A stretch of 64,000 nucleotides of DNA from Chloropicon primus (GCA_023205875.1 CP060767.1:496001-560000); one strand, 5' to 3'. Shown: positions 29,258-38,945, counted from the first letter of the stretch. Translations and numbers: made by a program. Notes: generated by a model not told the origin, from the letters alone.

Positions 29258-30136
29258 TCACGGAGGGGGCAAGCCCCCTTCCAACCCCCGCTGCAAGCGT
29301 GGGGGTTCGGGGGCCGTCAGGGCCCCCGTTAGGGCCCCCGGCAGCGTTGCTCCGGCCTCAAGCAAAAGCTTGAGGCACCTGGCATGACCATGATCTCGAG
29401 CATGCTGCACGGGCGTCAAACCTGCGCCGTTTGCCCTGTCCTTGTCCGCACCGGACTCGAGAAGCATGCGCAAGCACTCGACTTGGTTCTCCGCAGCCGC
29501 ATAAATAATGGGTGTGGTGCCGTCCACGTTCGCAATGTCCGGCGACGCTCCGACGTCAAGCAGAAAACGCAAGCATTCGATATGGCCGCCGCGGACGCAG
29601 AATTGCAGAGGGGTCATGTCACCACTCTCCAAGAGAGAGTCCTTTTCGGCACCGTAAGCGACGAGCAAACGAAGACACTCGACGTGGCCCCTCTCCGCAG
29701 CTTCGTGAATAGGGGATAAACCGTCAATTTGGACGTTCGGATCAGCGCCATGTTCAAGAAGAATTCGAAGACAGTTGGGGTGATCGTTGATGACAGCCCT
29801 CAGAACAAGCGTCCACTCATCGTCCCCATCGAGACCGGAGTCGAGCTCAATATTACCGAACTTCAACAGCACACGAAGGCAGTCGTAGCTGCAACGGTCC
29901 ACGCTTTCGTGGGCGGCTTCCAACGCATACGAGACGCCAACCTTGACCATCTTCTCAAGATGGTCGGGCATGTCAAACATTGCCAAAATGCGTAAGGACG
30001 AATCCCATCCGCCTATGTATGTGCGTGAGCGGGCATCAAATGAGGGTGAGAGAGCGAGTGCGACCCATTCCTCAAGCAACTCACGAATAACACGCCCCCT
30101 CCAGGGCTTCCAAACACCAGAAGAGGGGGGTGTCAT
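29258..30136 (-). CDS. Ankyrin-repeat protein (~6 repeats)
   Basis: 'SPIHEAAERGHVECLRLLVAYGAEKD', 'TPLQFCVRGGHIECLRFLLDVGASPD', 'TPIIYAAAENQVECLRMLLESGADKD', 'TPVQHARDHGHARCLKLLLEAGA'. Confidence 0.9.
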   Translation of the reverse strand: MTPPSSGVWKPWRGRVIRELLEEWVALALSPSFDARSRTYIGGWDSSLRILAMFDMPDHLEKMVKVGVSYALEAAHESVDRCSYDCLRVLLKFGNIELDSGLDGDDEWTLVLRAVINDHPNCLRILLEHGADPNVQIDGLSPIHEAAERGHVECLRLLVAYGAEKDSLLESGDMTPLQFCVRGGHIECLRFLLDVGASPDIANVDGTTPIIYAAAENQVECLRMLLESGADKDRANGAGLTPVQHARDHGHARCLKLLLEAGATLPGALTGALTAPEPPRLQRGLEGGLPPP

Positions 30137-33100
30137 GCATCAATCATGGCAATCATGGCCTCGTGTTTCCTTTTCTTGTTCCGCAGCGAAACAAGCAGCT
30201 GGTGCGCTGCGCCCTCGTCGCTGCACGCCTTCAGCTTGGCGGCGAGCGTGCCGATCATGTTCATCAACTTCGCGTTCTCCTTGTTTAACACGGTCCGCAA
30301 CTCTTTGACGGGATCCAATCCCAGGACCGACAGAGCGTCCCCGCATGCGACTACCGCGTCCACAAACCCAGGCTTCAACATGCGCGACGCGAAGGCGTTC
30401 GAACCCGCTATCAGCACGCCGCCTTTGCCGACCATCTGCTCGAGCTCTTCAAGCACGGCGTAAAGTGCCTCGGGATCGTCGAACTTCGCCGCAACGCTAT
30501 TGCAAACAAAGGTCTGGAGATTCTTGATACCGAAGCGCGTCCTCAGCGTGTCGAGCACGGCGTAGAGCGCGTCGGGATCGTCGAACTTCGCCGCAACGCT
30601 ATTGCAAACAAAGGTCTGGAGATTCTTGATACCGAAGCGCGTCCTCAGCGTGTCGAGCACGGCGTAGAGCGCGTCGGGATCGTCGAACTTCGCCGCAACG
30701 CTGTTATTCACAAAGGTGATACCGAAGCGCGTCCTCAAAGTGTCCAGCACGGCGTAGAGCGCTGCGGGATCGTCAAACCTCGCCGCAACGCCTCCTGAAA
30801 CAAAGGTTTGGAGACTCTTGATGCCGAAGCGCGTCCTCAAAGTGTCGAGCACGGCGTAGAGCGCGTCGGGATCGTCAAACCTCGCCGCAACGCCTCCTGA
30901 AACAAAGGTTTGGAGACTCTTGATGCCAAAGCGCGTCCTCAAAGTGTCCAGCACGGCGTAGAGCGCTGCGGGATCGTCAAACCTCGCCGCAACGCTGTCT
31001 GAAACAAAGGTCTGGAGACTCTTGATGCCGAAGCGCGTCCTCAAAGTATCGAGCACGGCGTAGAGCGCTGCGGGATCGTCAAACCTCGCCGCAACGCTGT
31101 CTGAAACAAAGGTCTGGAGACTCTTGATGCCGAAGCGTGTCCTCAAAGTGTCGAGCACGGCGTAGAGTGCCTCGGGATCGTCAAACCTCGCCGCAACGCC
31201 ACCACAAACGAAGGTCTGGAGACTCTTGATACCGAAGCGCGTCCTCAAAGTGTCGAGCACGGCGTAGAGCGCGTCGGGATCGTCAAACTTCGCCGCAACG
31301 CCATCACAAACGAAGGTCTGGAGACTCTTGATACCGAAGCGCGTCCTCAAAGTGTCGAGCACGGCGTAGAGCGCGTCGGGATCGTCAAACTTTGCCGCAA
31401 CGCCACCACAAACGAAGGTCTGGAGACTCTTGATACCGAAGCGCGTCCTCAGCGTGTCGAGCACGGCGTAGAGCGCGTCGGGATCGTCAAACTTTGCCGC
31501 AACGCCACCACAAACGAAGGTCTGGAGACTCTTGATACCGAAGCGCGTCCTCAGCGTGTCGAGCACGGCGTAGAGCGCGTCGGGATCGTCAGACCTCGCC
31601 GCAACGCCACCACAAACGAAGGTCTGGAGACTCTTGATACCGAAGCGCGTCCTCAGCGTGTCGAGCACGGCGTAGAGCGCGTCGGGATCGTCAAACCTCG
31701 CCGCAACGCCACCACAAACGAAGGTCTGGAGACTCTTGATACCGAAGCGCGTCCTCAGCGTGTTGAGCACGGCGTAGAGCGCTGCGGGATCGTCAAACTT
31801 CGCCGCAACGCTGTCTGAAACAAAGGTCTGGAGACTCTTGATGCCGAAGCGTGTCCTCAAAGTGTCGAGCACGGCGTAGAGTGCCTCGGGATCGTCAAAC
31901 CTCGCCGCAACGCCACCACAAACGAAGGTCTGGAGACTCTTGATGCCGAAGCGCGTCCTCAGCGTGTCGAGCACGGCGTAGAGCGCGTCGGGATCGTCAA
32001 ACTTCGCCGCAACGCCTCCTGAAACAAAGGTTTGGAGACTCTTGATGCCGAAGCGCGTCCTCAAAGTGTCGAGCACGGCGTAGAGCGCTGCGGGATCGTC
32101 AAACCTCGCCGCAACGCTGTCTGAAACAAAGGTTTGGAGACTCTTGATGCCGAAGCGTGTCCTCAAAGTGTCGAGCACGGCGTAGAGTCGTCGCCGCAAC
32201 GCCTCCTGAAACAAAGGTTTGGAGACTCTTGATGCCGAAGCGCGTCCTCAAAGTGTCGAGCACGGCGTAGAGCGCTGCGGGATCGTCAAACCTCGCCGCA
32301 ACGCTGTCTGAAACAAAGGTTTGGAGACTCTTGATGCCGAAGCGTGTCCTCAAAGTGTCGAGCACGGCGTAGAGTGCCTCGGGATCGTCAAACCTCGCCG
32401 CAACGCTGTCTGAAACAAAGGTTTGGAGACTCTTGATGCCGAAGCGCGTCCTCAAAGTGCTGCGGGATCGTCAAACCTCGCCGCAACGCTGTCTGAAACA
32501 AAGGTTTGGAGACTCTTGATGCCGAAGCGCGTCCTCAAAGTGTCGAGCACGGCGTAGAGCGCGTCGGGATCGTCAAACCTCGCCGCAACGCTGTCTGAAA
32601 CAAAGGTCTGGAGACTCTTGATGCCGAAGCGCGTCTTGAGCGCCGTGAGGATGTCAAAGAGTTTCTCCGGATCGTCGAACTTTGCAGCGACGCCGCCGCA
32701 GACAAACGTGCCCAAGTTGGTTATGCCGAACTTGGGATCTTGCAACCCTTTGATGCTTTTCTCGAAGGCTCCCGTCAGGACACGCGAAGGCACTCCGGGG
32801 GTGGCCATGAGCTTTCGCGCCAGGTCGAGATCACCACCCACGAGCGTCGCGACGCGCTGCTCGGCGGCTTCAAACTCCTTGCTCATGCGCGCCCACACGT
32901 CCGCGGCGGCATCGTTGGCGGCGGCGTTGTCATGGTTGCTGCTCGGGCACGCCTTGGTCGCTGCAGCACCGCCTTGATGGATGCGCTGCGCGACGGCGGT
33001 CACAGCAGCTGACGCGGCAACGTTCGGTAATTGCGACTCGGTGACGACGACGAGCACGTTGTCCCCCACTGCGAAAGCTGCTCGAAGTGTGCGGCGCCCA

Positions 33101-33452
33101 CGCGCAAGCGGACCACGAACGCGTCAGGGAACATTTCGCGGAGCTTGGTCGTCTTGCGTTGGTCGCGTCCCACGTCGGAGTCGCCGTGCGTGAAGCCCGG
33201 GTCGTACTCGAACAGCACTTCCGTGCCATTCGTGAGCTTGAAGAACGCATCGGTGTTGTGGTGGGTCTTGCCTTCCGTCAGGTGCTTCGCGAGCGAGCGC
33301 CCGGTCACGCCCTGCTCAAGCAAGCCGTTCTCAAACAACAGCTGCGCCACATGCGCGACGTGACGTGTCTCGGCCTTGGACGCGCCGATCGGAGACGGCA
33401 CGTCGTAGTCGTCGACACGGCGGCGTTTGCTCGGCGGCGCGTCCGACGCCAT
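30133..33452 (-). pseudogene. Vsr/DUF559-like endonuclease fused to 23 x 34-aa TALE-like repeats; three frame disruptions as assembled; ~1118 aa if repaired
   Basis: Four consecutive ORF pieces (33000-33452, 32452-33069, 32099-32455, 30133-32214) join if one G is restored in a G5 run (33063-33067) and 19-nt and 17-nt deletions within repeats (~32459, ~32190) are repaired. Nuclease motifs are 'SKAE', 'NTDAFF', 'FEYDPGFTH' and 'RDQRKTTKL...VVRLR'. Confidence 0.75.
30433..32730 (-). repeat. Coding tandem array of 23 x 102-bp units
   Basis: Period of 102 bp (e.g. gaacttcgccgcaacg at 30481 and 30583). Length 2298 = 23x102 - 19 - 17 - 12. Unit is FGIKSLQTFV[xxx]VAA[R/K]FDDP[A/D/E]ALYAVLDTLRTR. Confidence 0.97.
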
Positions 33453-33615
33453 GACGCGCACCTCGAACGCGGTGATGCGGCCATTGCGAAGCGGCGGTGC
33501 GCTGCAGAAAACAAAAAAATGACGATTTTTTTAAAACCGGGACAGTTTTTACCTCCGTGTTTGTTTTCACCCACATTATCATTTGACGTGCACACTGTAC
33601 TACATCAATGCAACA

Positions 33616-33873
33616 ATGAAAGTCCTCGAAGAAACACCATTCTTTTCGGCGGAGAATGAAGGACACAACATCATTCAGCCCCCTCAAGTCATTGAAGGAA
33701 TATCAGCAGTCGACCACTCGCCTTACGACTTCGTTTTCGAGCACCTTGAAGGTTTATCCATCGAAACGCGGGTACTTGCGCTCTGCGTGGTTGCATCGTC
33801 AGTGCTAAGCGCGCTCACCTCATGGCGCATCCGTACAATCGAGGCGACTCGGCGACAACGGGCGCGTGACTGA
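33616..33873 (+). CDS. Small hypothetical protein with a C-terminal hydrophobic segment
   Basis: 85-aa ORF after an AT-rich spacer; 'VLALCVVASSVLSALTSW'. Confidence 0.4.
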   Translation: MKVLEETPFFSAENEGHNIIQPPQVIEGISAVDHSPYDFVFEHLEGLSIETRVLALCVVASSVLSALTSWRIRTIEATRRQRARD

Positions 33874-33954
33874 CCGGATGGGCCCCCCGTTTGTTTCTGT
33901 AAGATGAATTGTATCGTTTGTTTCGTTTCTCTTTCTGATCCATTCAATTGAGCG

Positions 33955-34173
33955 ATGTCGACTCCTTTTGATGAAATCGTGAAGATCGTGCGGGACGAAG
34001 ACCTCGTCGATTGGCTTGTGTATCATGTCCCCGATGACCCCTTGGGACGCTTCATCATGGATGAACACCCTTACCTCGATTTTATACTGTCGAGAACCAA
34101 GTATAAACACAACAAAGTCACGTTCGCGTTGTGCATGGAATCGGCCCAAAAGCAATTGAGAGAACGTATATAA
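33955..34173 (+). CDS. Small hypothetical protein (72 aa)
   Basis: ATG-TAA ORF with protein-like composition, packed between the other island ORFs. Confidence 0.45.
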   Translation: MSTPFDEIVKIVRDEDLVDWLVYHVPDDPLGRFIMDEHPYLDFILSRTKYKHNKVTFALCMESAQKQLRERI

Positions 34174-34197
34174 AGCATCCGAAACAGGCCATTAGCA

Positions 34198-34575
34198 ATG
34201 TCCGTCGAATGGAGCGGTGGTGAAGGAGCGCGAAACCGCGGTCGTCGTAGTACGAAATTTTCGACCTTGGCCGTGACAGAGGAAGAAGATGCAAGTGCTG
34301 CCAAGGACGGTGACGTCGTATCCGTCTTCAGGACCCTGCGGCTGTCTCCACTCTATTGGACGTACGTGGCGGGCATTTTGCTTCATCTTGCATCGCTGAT
34401 CGTGTTAGACCAAGGAGATGAGCCGGAGCAGAGGATGGCCATGGGATGGGCCATGGGAGGAGGAGGGAAGGACGGAGGAGGGAGGGATGGGAGGGATGGG
34501 AGGAAGAGGGTGGGAGGCGTTGACTCTGCTTCCTCTCTTTTCAAGATGAACAAGGGTCACTTGGAAAAGGAATGA
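34198..34575 (+). CDS. Small hypothetical membrane protein, possibly truncated at the island edge
   Basis: Starts 24 bp after the previous stop. TM-like 'YWTYVAGILLHLASLIVL', then runs into low-complexity host-like sequence after ~34410. Confidence 0.3.
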   Translation: MSVEWSGGEGARNRGRRSTKFSTLAVTEEEDASAAKDGDVVSVFRTLRLSPLYWTYVAGILLHLASLIVLDQGDEPEQRMAMGWAMGGGGKDGGGRDGRDGRKRVGGVDSASSLFKMNKGHLEKE

Positions 34576-34742
34576 GGAGGGGAGGGGGGAGACCATTCTT
34601 TTTATTTTGCCGGAGACGACTGACGACACAAAGGACAAAGGGAAGGAAACGTTCATCACCGACATTACGTTATTCGCTGGTCTTCTTGCGCACGTAAAAC
34701 CTTTTGCAAATTACGCTTGGCTTTAGGTCTCTTTTGGATCCA

Positions 34743-35015
34743 TCAACGAACCTTCTCCAGCTTGCCGTTCTTGAGTATGTAGGAGCCCGGCGACCCGATG
34801 AAGTAGTTTGCGTCAAAGGAGGGCTTGTCCCACTCGTACTCTCCGTCGTTGAGCACGAACTCGAGGTTCGAGGCGGTGATACTAAAAATTTTGTGGTTTG
34901 GCAGCTCCCCCGTTTTCATCTTCATGCCAGGGGAGTCGGTCCAACCGGACTGCTCTGGGCTGTTGAAGTGGATGAAGGCGGGCTCCCAGGACGTCTCGTA
35001 CAAGATCGAGATCAC
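34743..35015 (-). CDS. Starch-binding CBM25/26-like module (terminal exon; start not resolved)
   Basis: 'LYETSWEPAFIHF...GWTDSPGMKM...LEFVLNDGEYEWD...NYFIGSPGSY' resembles the CBM25/26 pattern. Confidence 0.65.
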   Translation of the reverse strand: MISILYETSWEPAFIHFNSPEQSGWTDSPGMKMKTGELPNHKIFSITASNLEFVLNDGEYEWDKPSFDANYFIGSPGSYILKNGKLEKVR

Positions 35016-35678
35016 CCCGGACGGATCGATCGATCGATCGGGAGGGAGAAGAAGCTGGAGAGGCGACGACGGCGTGAAGCGGAGAGGCTAGGTGTCTGGA
35101 GGATCGTGATCGTGTCGCGATCTTCTTCCTCTTTCGTTTCAACCTTTGGTGGAGGATTAGAATCTTTTGGAAACGAAAAGAGATCATTCGATCATTCGAT
35201 CATTCGATCATTCGATCGAACGAGAGACACGCACGCGCGCGAGGACGAGGAGGAGGGCGTTGAGGCGGAGGATTCTTTTGTTCAGGAAGGTTCCGATCGC
35301 TAGGAACGCGGCTCGAGCTTTCGGTGGAAACTCGCTTCGCCTCGGTGTCGTCCCTGGACGCGCGCTTGACGTATTCATTCATCGAAGAGGAGTCGAGGAC
35401 GAGGGCATTGAGGTCACCAAAGGCAACGAGGTGCGCCAGGTTGGACTCTCGTTTCGTCGTTCGATCGATCGAACGAACGAACGAACTTTTTTTCTTCTTC
35501 CTCTCCGCTAGACGTATCCGAACTCGGCGCTTGACCGAGGAGGTGAGCTGCGTCATCCCACAAGGTGGCAGGCAAGGTTTTTAGGGCTGGTCATCACCAG
35601 AAAGGACTCGTCCGAAGTCTCCTCGGTTCATCGGAGGACACGGCATTGAATTGAATTGAATTGTTCACCGTGTTCAGA

Positions 35679-38600
35679 ATGAGCACTGCTGGGAGTTGTG
35701 ATGGGTCACCTGGTTCTGAACCGAGCAGGTCCAGGGCGTTTAAGCGGTTAGAGAGTCTCGACCCCGAAGCGGAGTTCGGCGGGTACGACGTCCCGCTGCC
35801 TCTTGGTCCGGAGGATCGTGAGAAGTTCCGCCACGGGAGGCTTCCCAATGGCCTGAGGTACTACTTGAGGAAGAATGCGTATCCAAAGAGCAGGTGCGCC
35901 CTGTCTTTGGCGGTTCAAGCGGGCTGCGTGCAGGAGGAGGACCACGAGCAGGGCATCGCGCACATCCTGGAGCACCTGGCATTCAGGGGGACGCAAATGT
36001 TCACGAATTATGATATTGTCCGGTTTCTCGAGTCTATAGGTGCGGACTTCGGCGCTGATCAGAACGCTTACACGTCCTTCGACGAGACCGTGTACGAGCT
36101 CTTTGTGCCCTGCGACAAGCAGAGCAGGGAACGCGACCGCGGCGGAGGGGGCGAGGAGGGGAGCATGGAGTCACTCTCGACGCTTGACAAGGGTCTGTTG
36201 GTCCTGTCAGAGTTTGCGTTTGGCGTCACCGCAACCAAGGAGGAGCTGAATGTGGAGCGGGGGACTGTGTTGGATGAGTGGAGACAGTCGAGAACGTCTC
36301 AGTCCAGGGTGGTGCAGGCGCACTGGAAGGCAATCATGAAGGGGTCAAAGTACGAAGACAGGCTGCCGATTGGAATAGAGAAGGTCATCAGGGAGTGCAC
36401 GGCTGAGGAAGTACGAGCTTTTCGGGACCGGTGGTATGCCCCCGAGAGAATGGCTATCACCGTCGTTGGCGACTTTGAAGAAAGCATGGATGAGATGGAG
36501 AACAAGGTAGCCACGATGTTCGACCAGCAGGGGTACGGCAAGGATAGCAACCCTAGGGACTGGCCGAATTATCGCACAAAGGTGCACGAGGAGCCGCAGT
36601 ACATGTGCCAAACCGACGAGGAAGCTACGCAGAGCAGCGTGAACGTCTCGTTTGTCAAACCCTGTGAGATGTCGGGCACCACCTGGACCCTGAAAGACTA
36701 CAGGGACATGATTGTGGGCGACATGTTCGTAACGGCGATCAACAGCAGACTGTTCAGGCGGAGTCACTCCAAGGAGACTTCCCAGCCGTTCTACACCGCA
36801 GCTTTCTCAAACGATAGGATATGCAGCAACGCGCAATGTGCCACCTTGACCGCAAGTTGCAAACTCGGTGGGACTCTGATCGCCCTCGAGTCCCTCCTCG
36901 TGGAGCTGGCGAGAATCAGGTGCCACGGGTTCAGCATTCAGGAGGTCGAGGCCGCGAGGAAGGAGCTGCTCCTGGATGCCGAGACTGCCTACACGGAAAG
37001 GAGCAAGCGGAAAAGCGACGACTTGAGGGACGAGTACGTGGGCTCCTTCCTTCTGGGAGAGGCTGTGACGGATCCCGTCACGGAGGCAAGGATCAACCGC
37101 TTGCTTCTGTCGGACATCACGAGGGAAGAGCTCGGCGCCTTTGCGAACCAGTACCAGAGATCGAATGGGATGGTAATACAGACGGTGGAGCCGCCCCACT
37201 CGCTCAGCCTCGGCAAGGAAGACCATGAAAAGCTGGAAGCCGTGGTTCAGAAGGTGATTGGCATGGAGAAGGGGGAAATCAAGCCGCACAAGGATGACGA
37301 GAGCAGAATGTCCCCGGATGACATCTTGAGGGAAGGGGACATCGGGCACGCCAAACCTAGCTTCGAGCACGAGGTTCGGTCGTACCCCAAGCTGAATGCA
37401 AAGGAAGTCACGTTGAGCAACGGCATGAGGCTGTGCTGGAAGAGGAGCAGCCTCAGGGAAGACCAGCTGCTCATCCACGCGTTTGCGAGGGGGGGGCTCT
37501 CCCAGGCCATCAGGGGTGTCACGAGCGATCCGTCTGAAGAGGAAGTGAGGAGAATGCGAACTGCGAATGTCAGCTCTTTGTTTGCCTCTGATATTGGCGC
37601 GTTTGGATTCAGACCACCCGTCCTGAACGAGGCGCTGGCGGGCTTGCGGTGCCACGTGGGGACAAGGGTGAGGCCCTTCGCTCGGGTATTCGAAGGGGAA
37701 CAAAGCTCGGGCGACTTTGAGGTCACCTTGAAGCTGATACACCGTCTGTTCAGCACGAGGGTGCAGGCAGTGGACTCCGAGCTCGGAAACATCAAGCAGA
37801 TGGTGAGAGAAGCCATCCAGAACCAAATCAGGGATCCCATGACAAAGTACTCTCAGCGCGTCAAGTCGGTGAACTACAACTCGTTCTATTTCAGGCCCTG
37901 GACCCTGCCGGAGTTTGATGCCATTGACGCAAAGGAATCGTGCGAGTTCTATTCCGAGTGCTTCAACCACCCGGGTGAATTCACTTTAATCGTCGTGGGC
38001 GACATCGACGAGATCGCAGAAACGGACGAGGGCTTCCTTCAGCTGATGGAGAAGTACGTCGGTTCAATCGAGGTCAAGGACCCTGCACGCAATGTGCCCC
38101 TCGATAAAAGTGAAGTCGTTCCTATCCCCTTCATGCAGCCCAAGGAGACTGTCAGGGAGATCGTTAGGGAAAAGCTTGTGGATCCCATGTCCATCACCCA
38201 AGTGACTTTCCCACTGACGATTACGACCATGCCCGTGGAGGTTGCCCAGGAGGAGCTCTTTTGGATCTCGTTCATGTGCCAGCTGCTCGAGATGCAGCTC
38301 ATGAAAGAGATGAGGTTCCAGCGTGGAGAGGTGTACAGCGTCAGCGTGGGTCCTTCCTTTGCCATAGAATCGCCGTCTGCTATCCCCTCTGGAAAGGCGA
38401 GGGGCGACGTAGCGATCAACTTCAGCTGCGAGCCGGGTGGGGTGGCCGAAAAACTCGTCAACCTTGCCGTTGATGAGGTTCAAAGGTTGAGGACCCACCC
38501 AGTCACCAAGTCGGACATCGATTCGTTGCTTGAGATGGAAAAGCGATCCTACGAGCTCGCCGTGGAAGAGAACAACTTCTGGCTCGAGGTGATCGAGATG

Positions 38601-38945
38601 GCGTACCAGAGCAGGAAGTACAAGCAAACGAGGAGCATAGACGAGGCTTACATGTTCAGGAAGAAGATCAGGGAAGCTGTACTCGCTGACATCAACCCGG
38701 AAACGATGGCTGTGGCTTTCTCGAAGTTTTTTGCGGACACCGAGAAGCGCGTGTACACCGCTATCACACTGGAGCCCCAGGACTCTTCTCCGAGCATGAT
38801 CACCAGGCTCCTGGCCTCGATTTCGGATTGCCTTTCAACGAAAAAAGTAAGCACCTCGACTCAACAAGTGGTGGCAGGGGCGGTGCTGGCAGTTGGCCTC
38901 GGAGCTGCGTTCGCATACCTCTCTTCCAGTCGGAGACACGGTTGA
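35679..38945 (+). CDS. M16 family zinc protease (PqqL-like) with a C-terminal membrane anchor
   Basis: 'GRLPNGLRYY', inverted zinc motif 'GIAHILEHLAFRGT', 'NAYTSFDETVY', 'RLPIG', a second-half 'LSNGMR', and a terminal TM. Confidence 0.92.
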   Translation: MSTAGSCDGSPGSEPSRSRAFKRLESLDPEAEFGGYDVPLPLGPEDREKFRHGRLPNGLRYYLRKNAYPKSRCALSLAVQAGCVQEEDHEQGIAHILEHLAFRGTQMFTNYDIVRFLESIGADFGADQNAYTSFDETVYELFVPCDKQSRERDRGGGGEEGSMESLSTLDKGLLVLSEFAFGVTATKEELNVERGTVLDEWRQSRTSQSRVVQAHWKAIMKGSKYEDRLPIGIEKVIRECTAEEVRAFRDRWYAPERMAITVVGDFEESMDEMENKVATMFDQQGYGKDSNPRDWPNYRTKVHEEPQYMCQTDEEATQSSVNVSFVKPCEMSGTTWTLKDYRDMIVGDMFVTAINSRLFRRSHSKETSQPFYTAAFSNDRICSNAQCATLTASCKLGGTLIALESLLVELARIRCHGFSIQEVEAARKELLLDAETAYTERSKRKSDDLRDEYVGSFLLGEAVTDPVTEARINRLLLSDITREELGAFANQYQRSNGMVIQTVEPPHSLSLGKEDHEKLEAVVQKVIGMEKGEIKPHKDDESRMSPDDILREGDIGHAKPSFEHEVRSYPKLNAKEVTLSNGMRLCWKRSSLREDQLLIHAFARGGLSQAIRGVTSDPSEEEVRRMRTANVSSLFASDIGAFGFRPPVLNEALAGLRCHVGTRVRPFARVFEGEQSSGDFEVTLKLIHRLFSTRVQAVDSELGNIKQMVREAIQNQIRDPMTKYSQRVKSVNYNSFYFRPWTLPEFDAIDAKESCEFYSECFNHPGEFTLIVVGDIDEIAETDEGFLQLMEKYVGSIEVKDPARNVPLDKSEVVPIPFMQPKETVREIVREKLVDPMSITQVTFPLTITTMPVEVAQEELFWISFMCQLLEMQLMKEMRFQRGEVYSVSVGPSFAIESPSAIPSGKARGDVAINFSCEPGGVAEKLVNLAVDEVQRLRTHPVTKSDIDSLLEMEKRSYELAVEENNFWLEVIEMAYQSRKYKQTRSIDEAYMFRKKIREAVLADINPETMAVAFSKFFADTEKRVYTAITLEPQDSSPSMITRLLASISDCLSTKKVSTSTQQVVAGAVLAVGLGAAFAYLSSSRRHG

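Larger units (their letters stand above)
28600..34400. mobile_element. Putative foreign island (endogenous viral or transposon-borne) with ankyrin genes, a nuclease-repeat gene and small ORFs; boundaries approximate
   Basis: Intronless and tightly packed ORFs, an ATGA stop/start overlap, a truncated ankyrin ORF at the left edge and several frameshifts. No recognisable housekeeping genes. No TIR or TSD identified. Confidence 0.55.

Noticed and set aside
30433..32730. 102-bp array as a CRISPR array or non-coding satellite
   Set aside because: There are no unique spacers. The period is a multiple of 3 with an open frame and synonymous variation, and it continues into unique coding sequence at both ends.
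34561..34583. Minus-strand pyrimidine tract partly matching the speculative repeat-encoded target (about 16/23)
   Set aside because: CT-rich low-complexity tracts are everywhere in this window, so a match at this level is expected by chance.
35020..35490. GATC/TCGA-rich microsatellites here and near 28570 as island terminal repeats
   Set aside because: They are simple repeats that also occur elsewhere (e.g. ~25675), and the CBM gene lies between them and the island.
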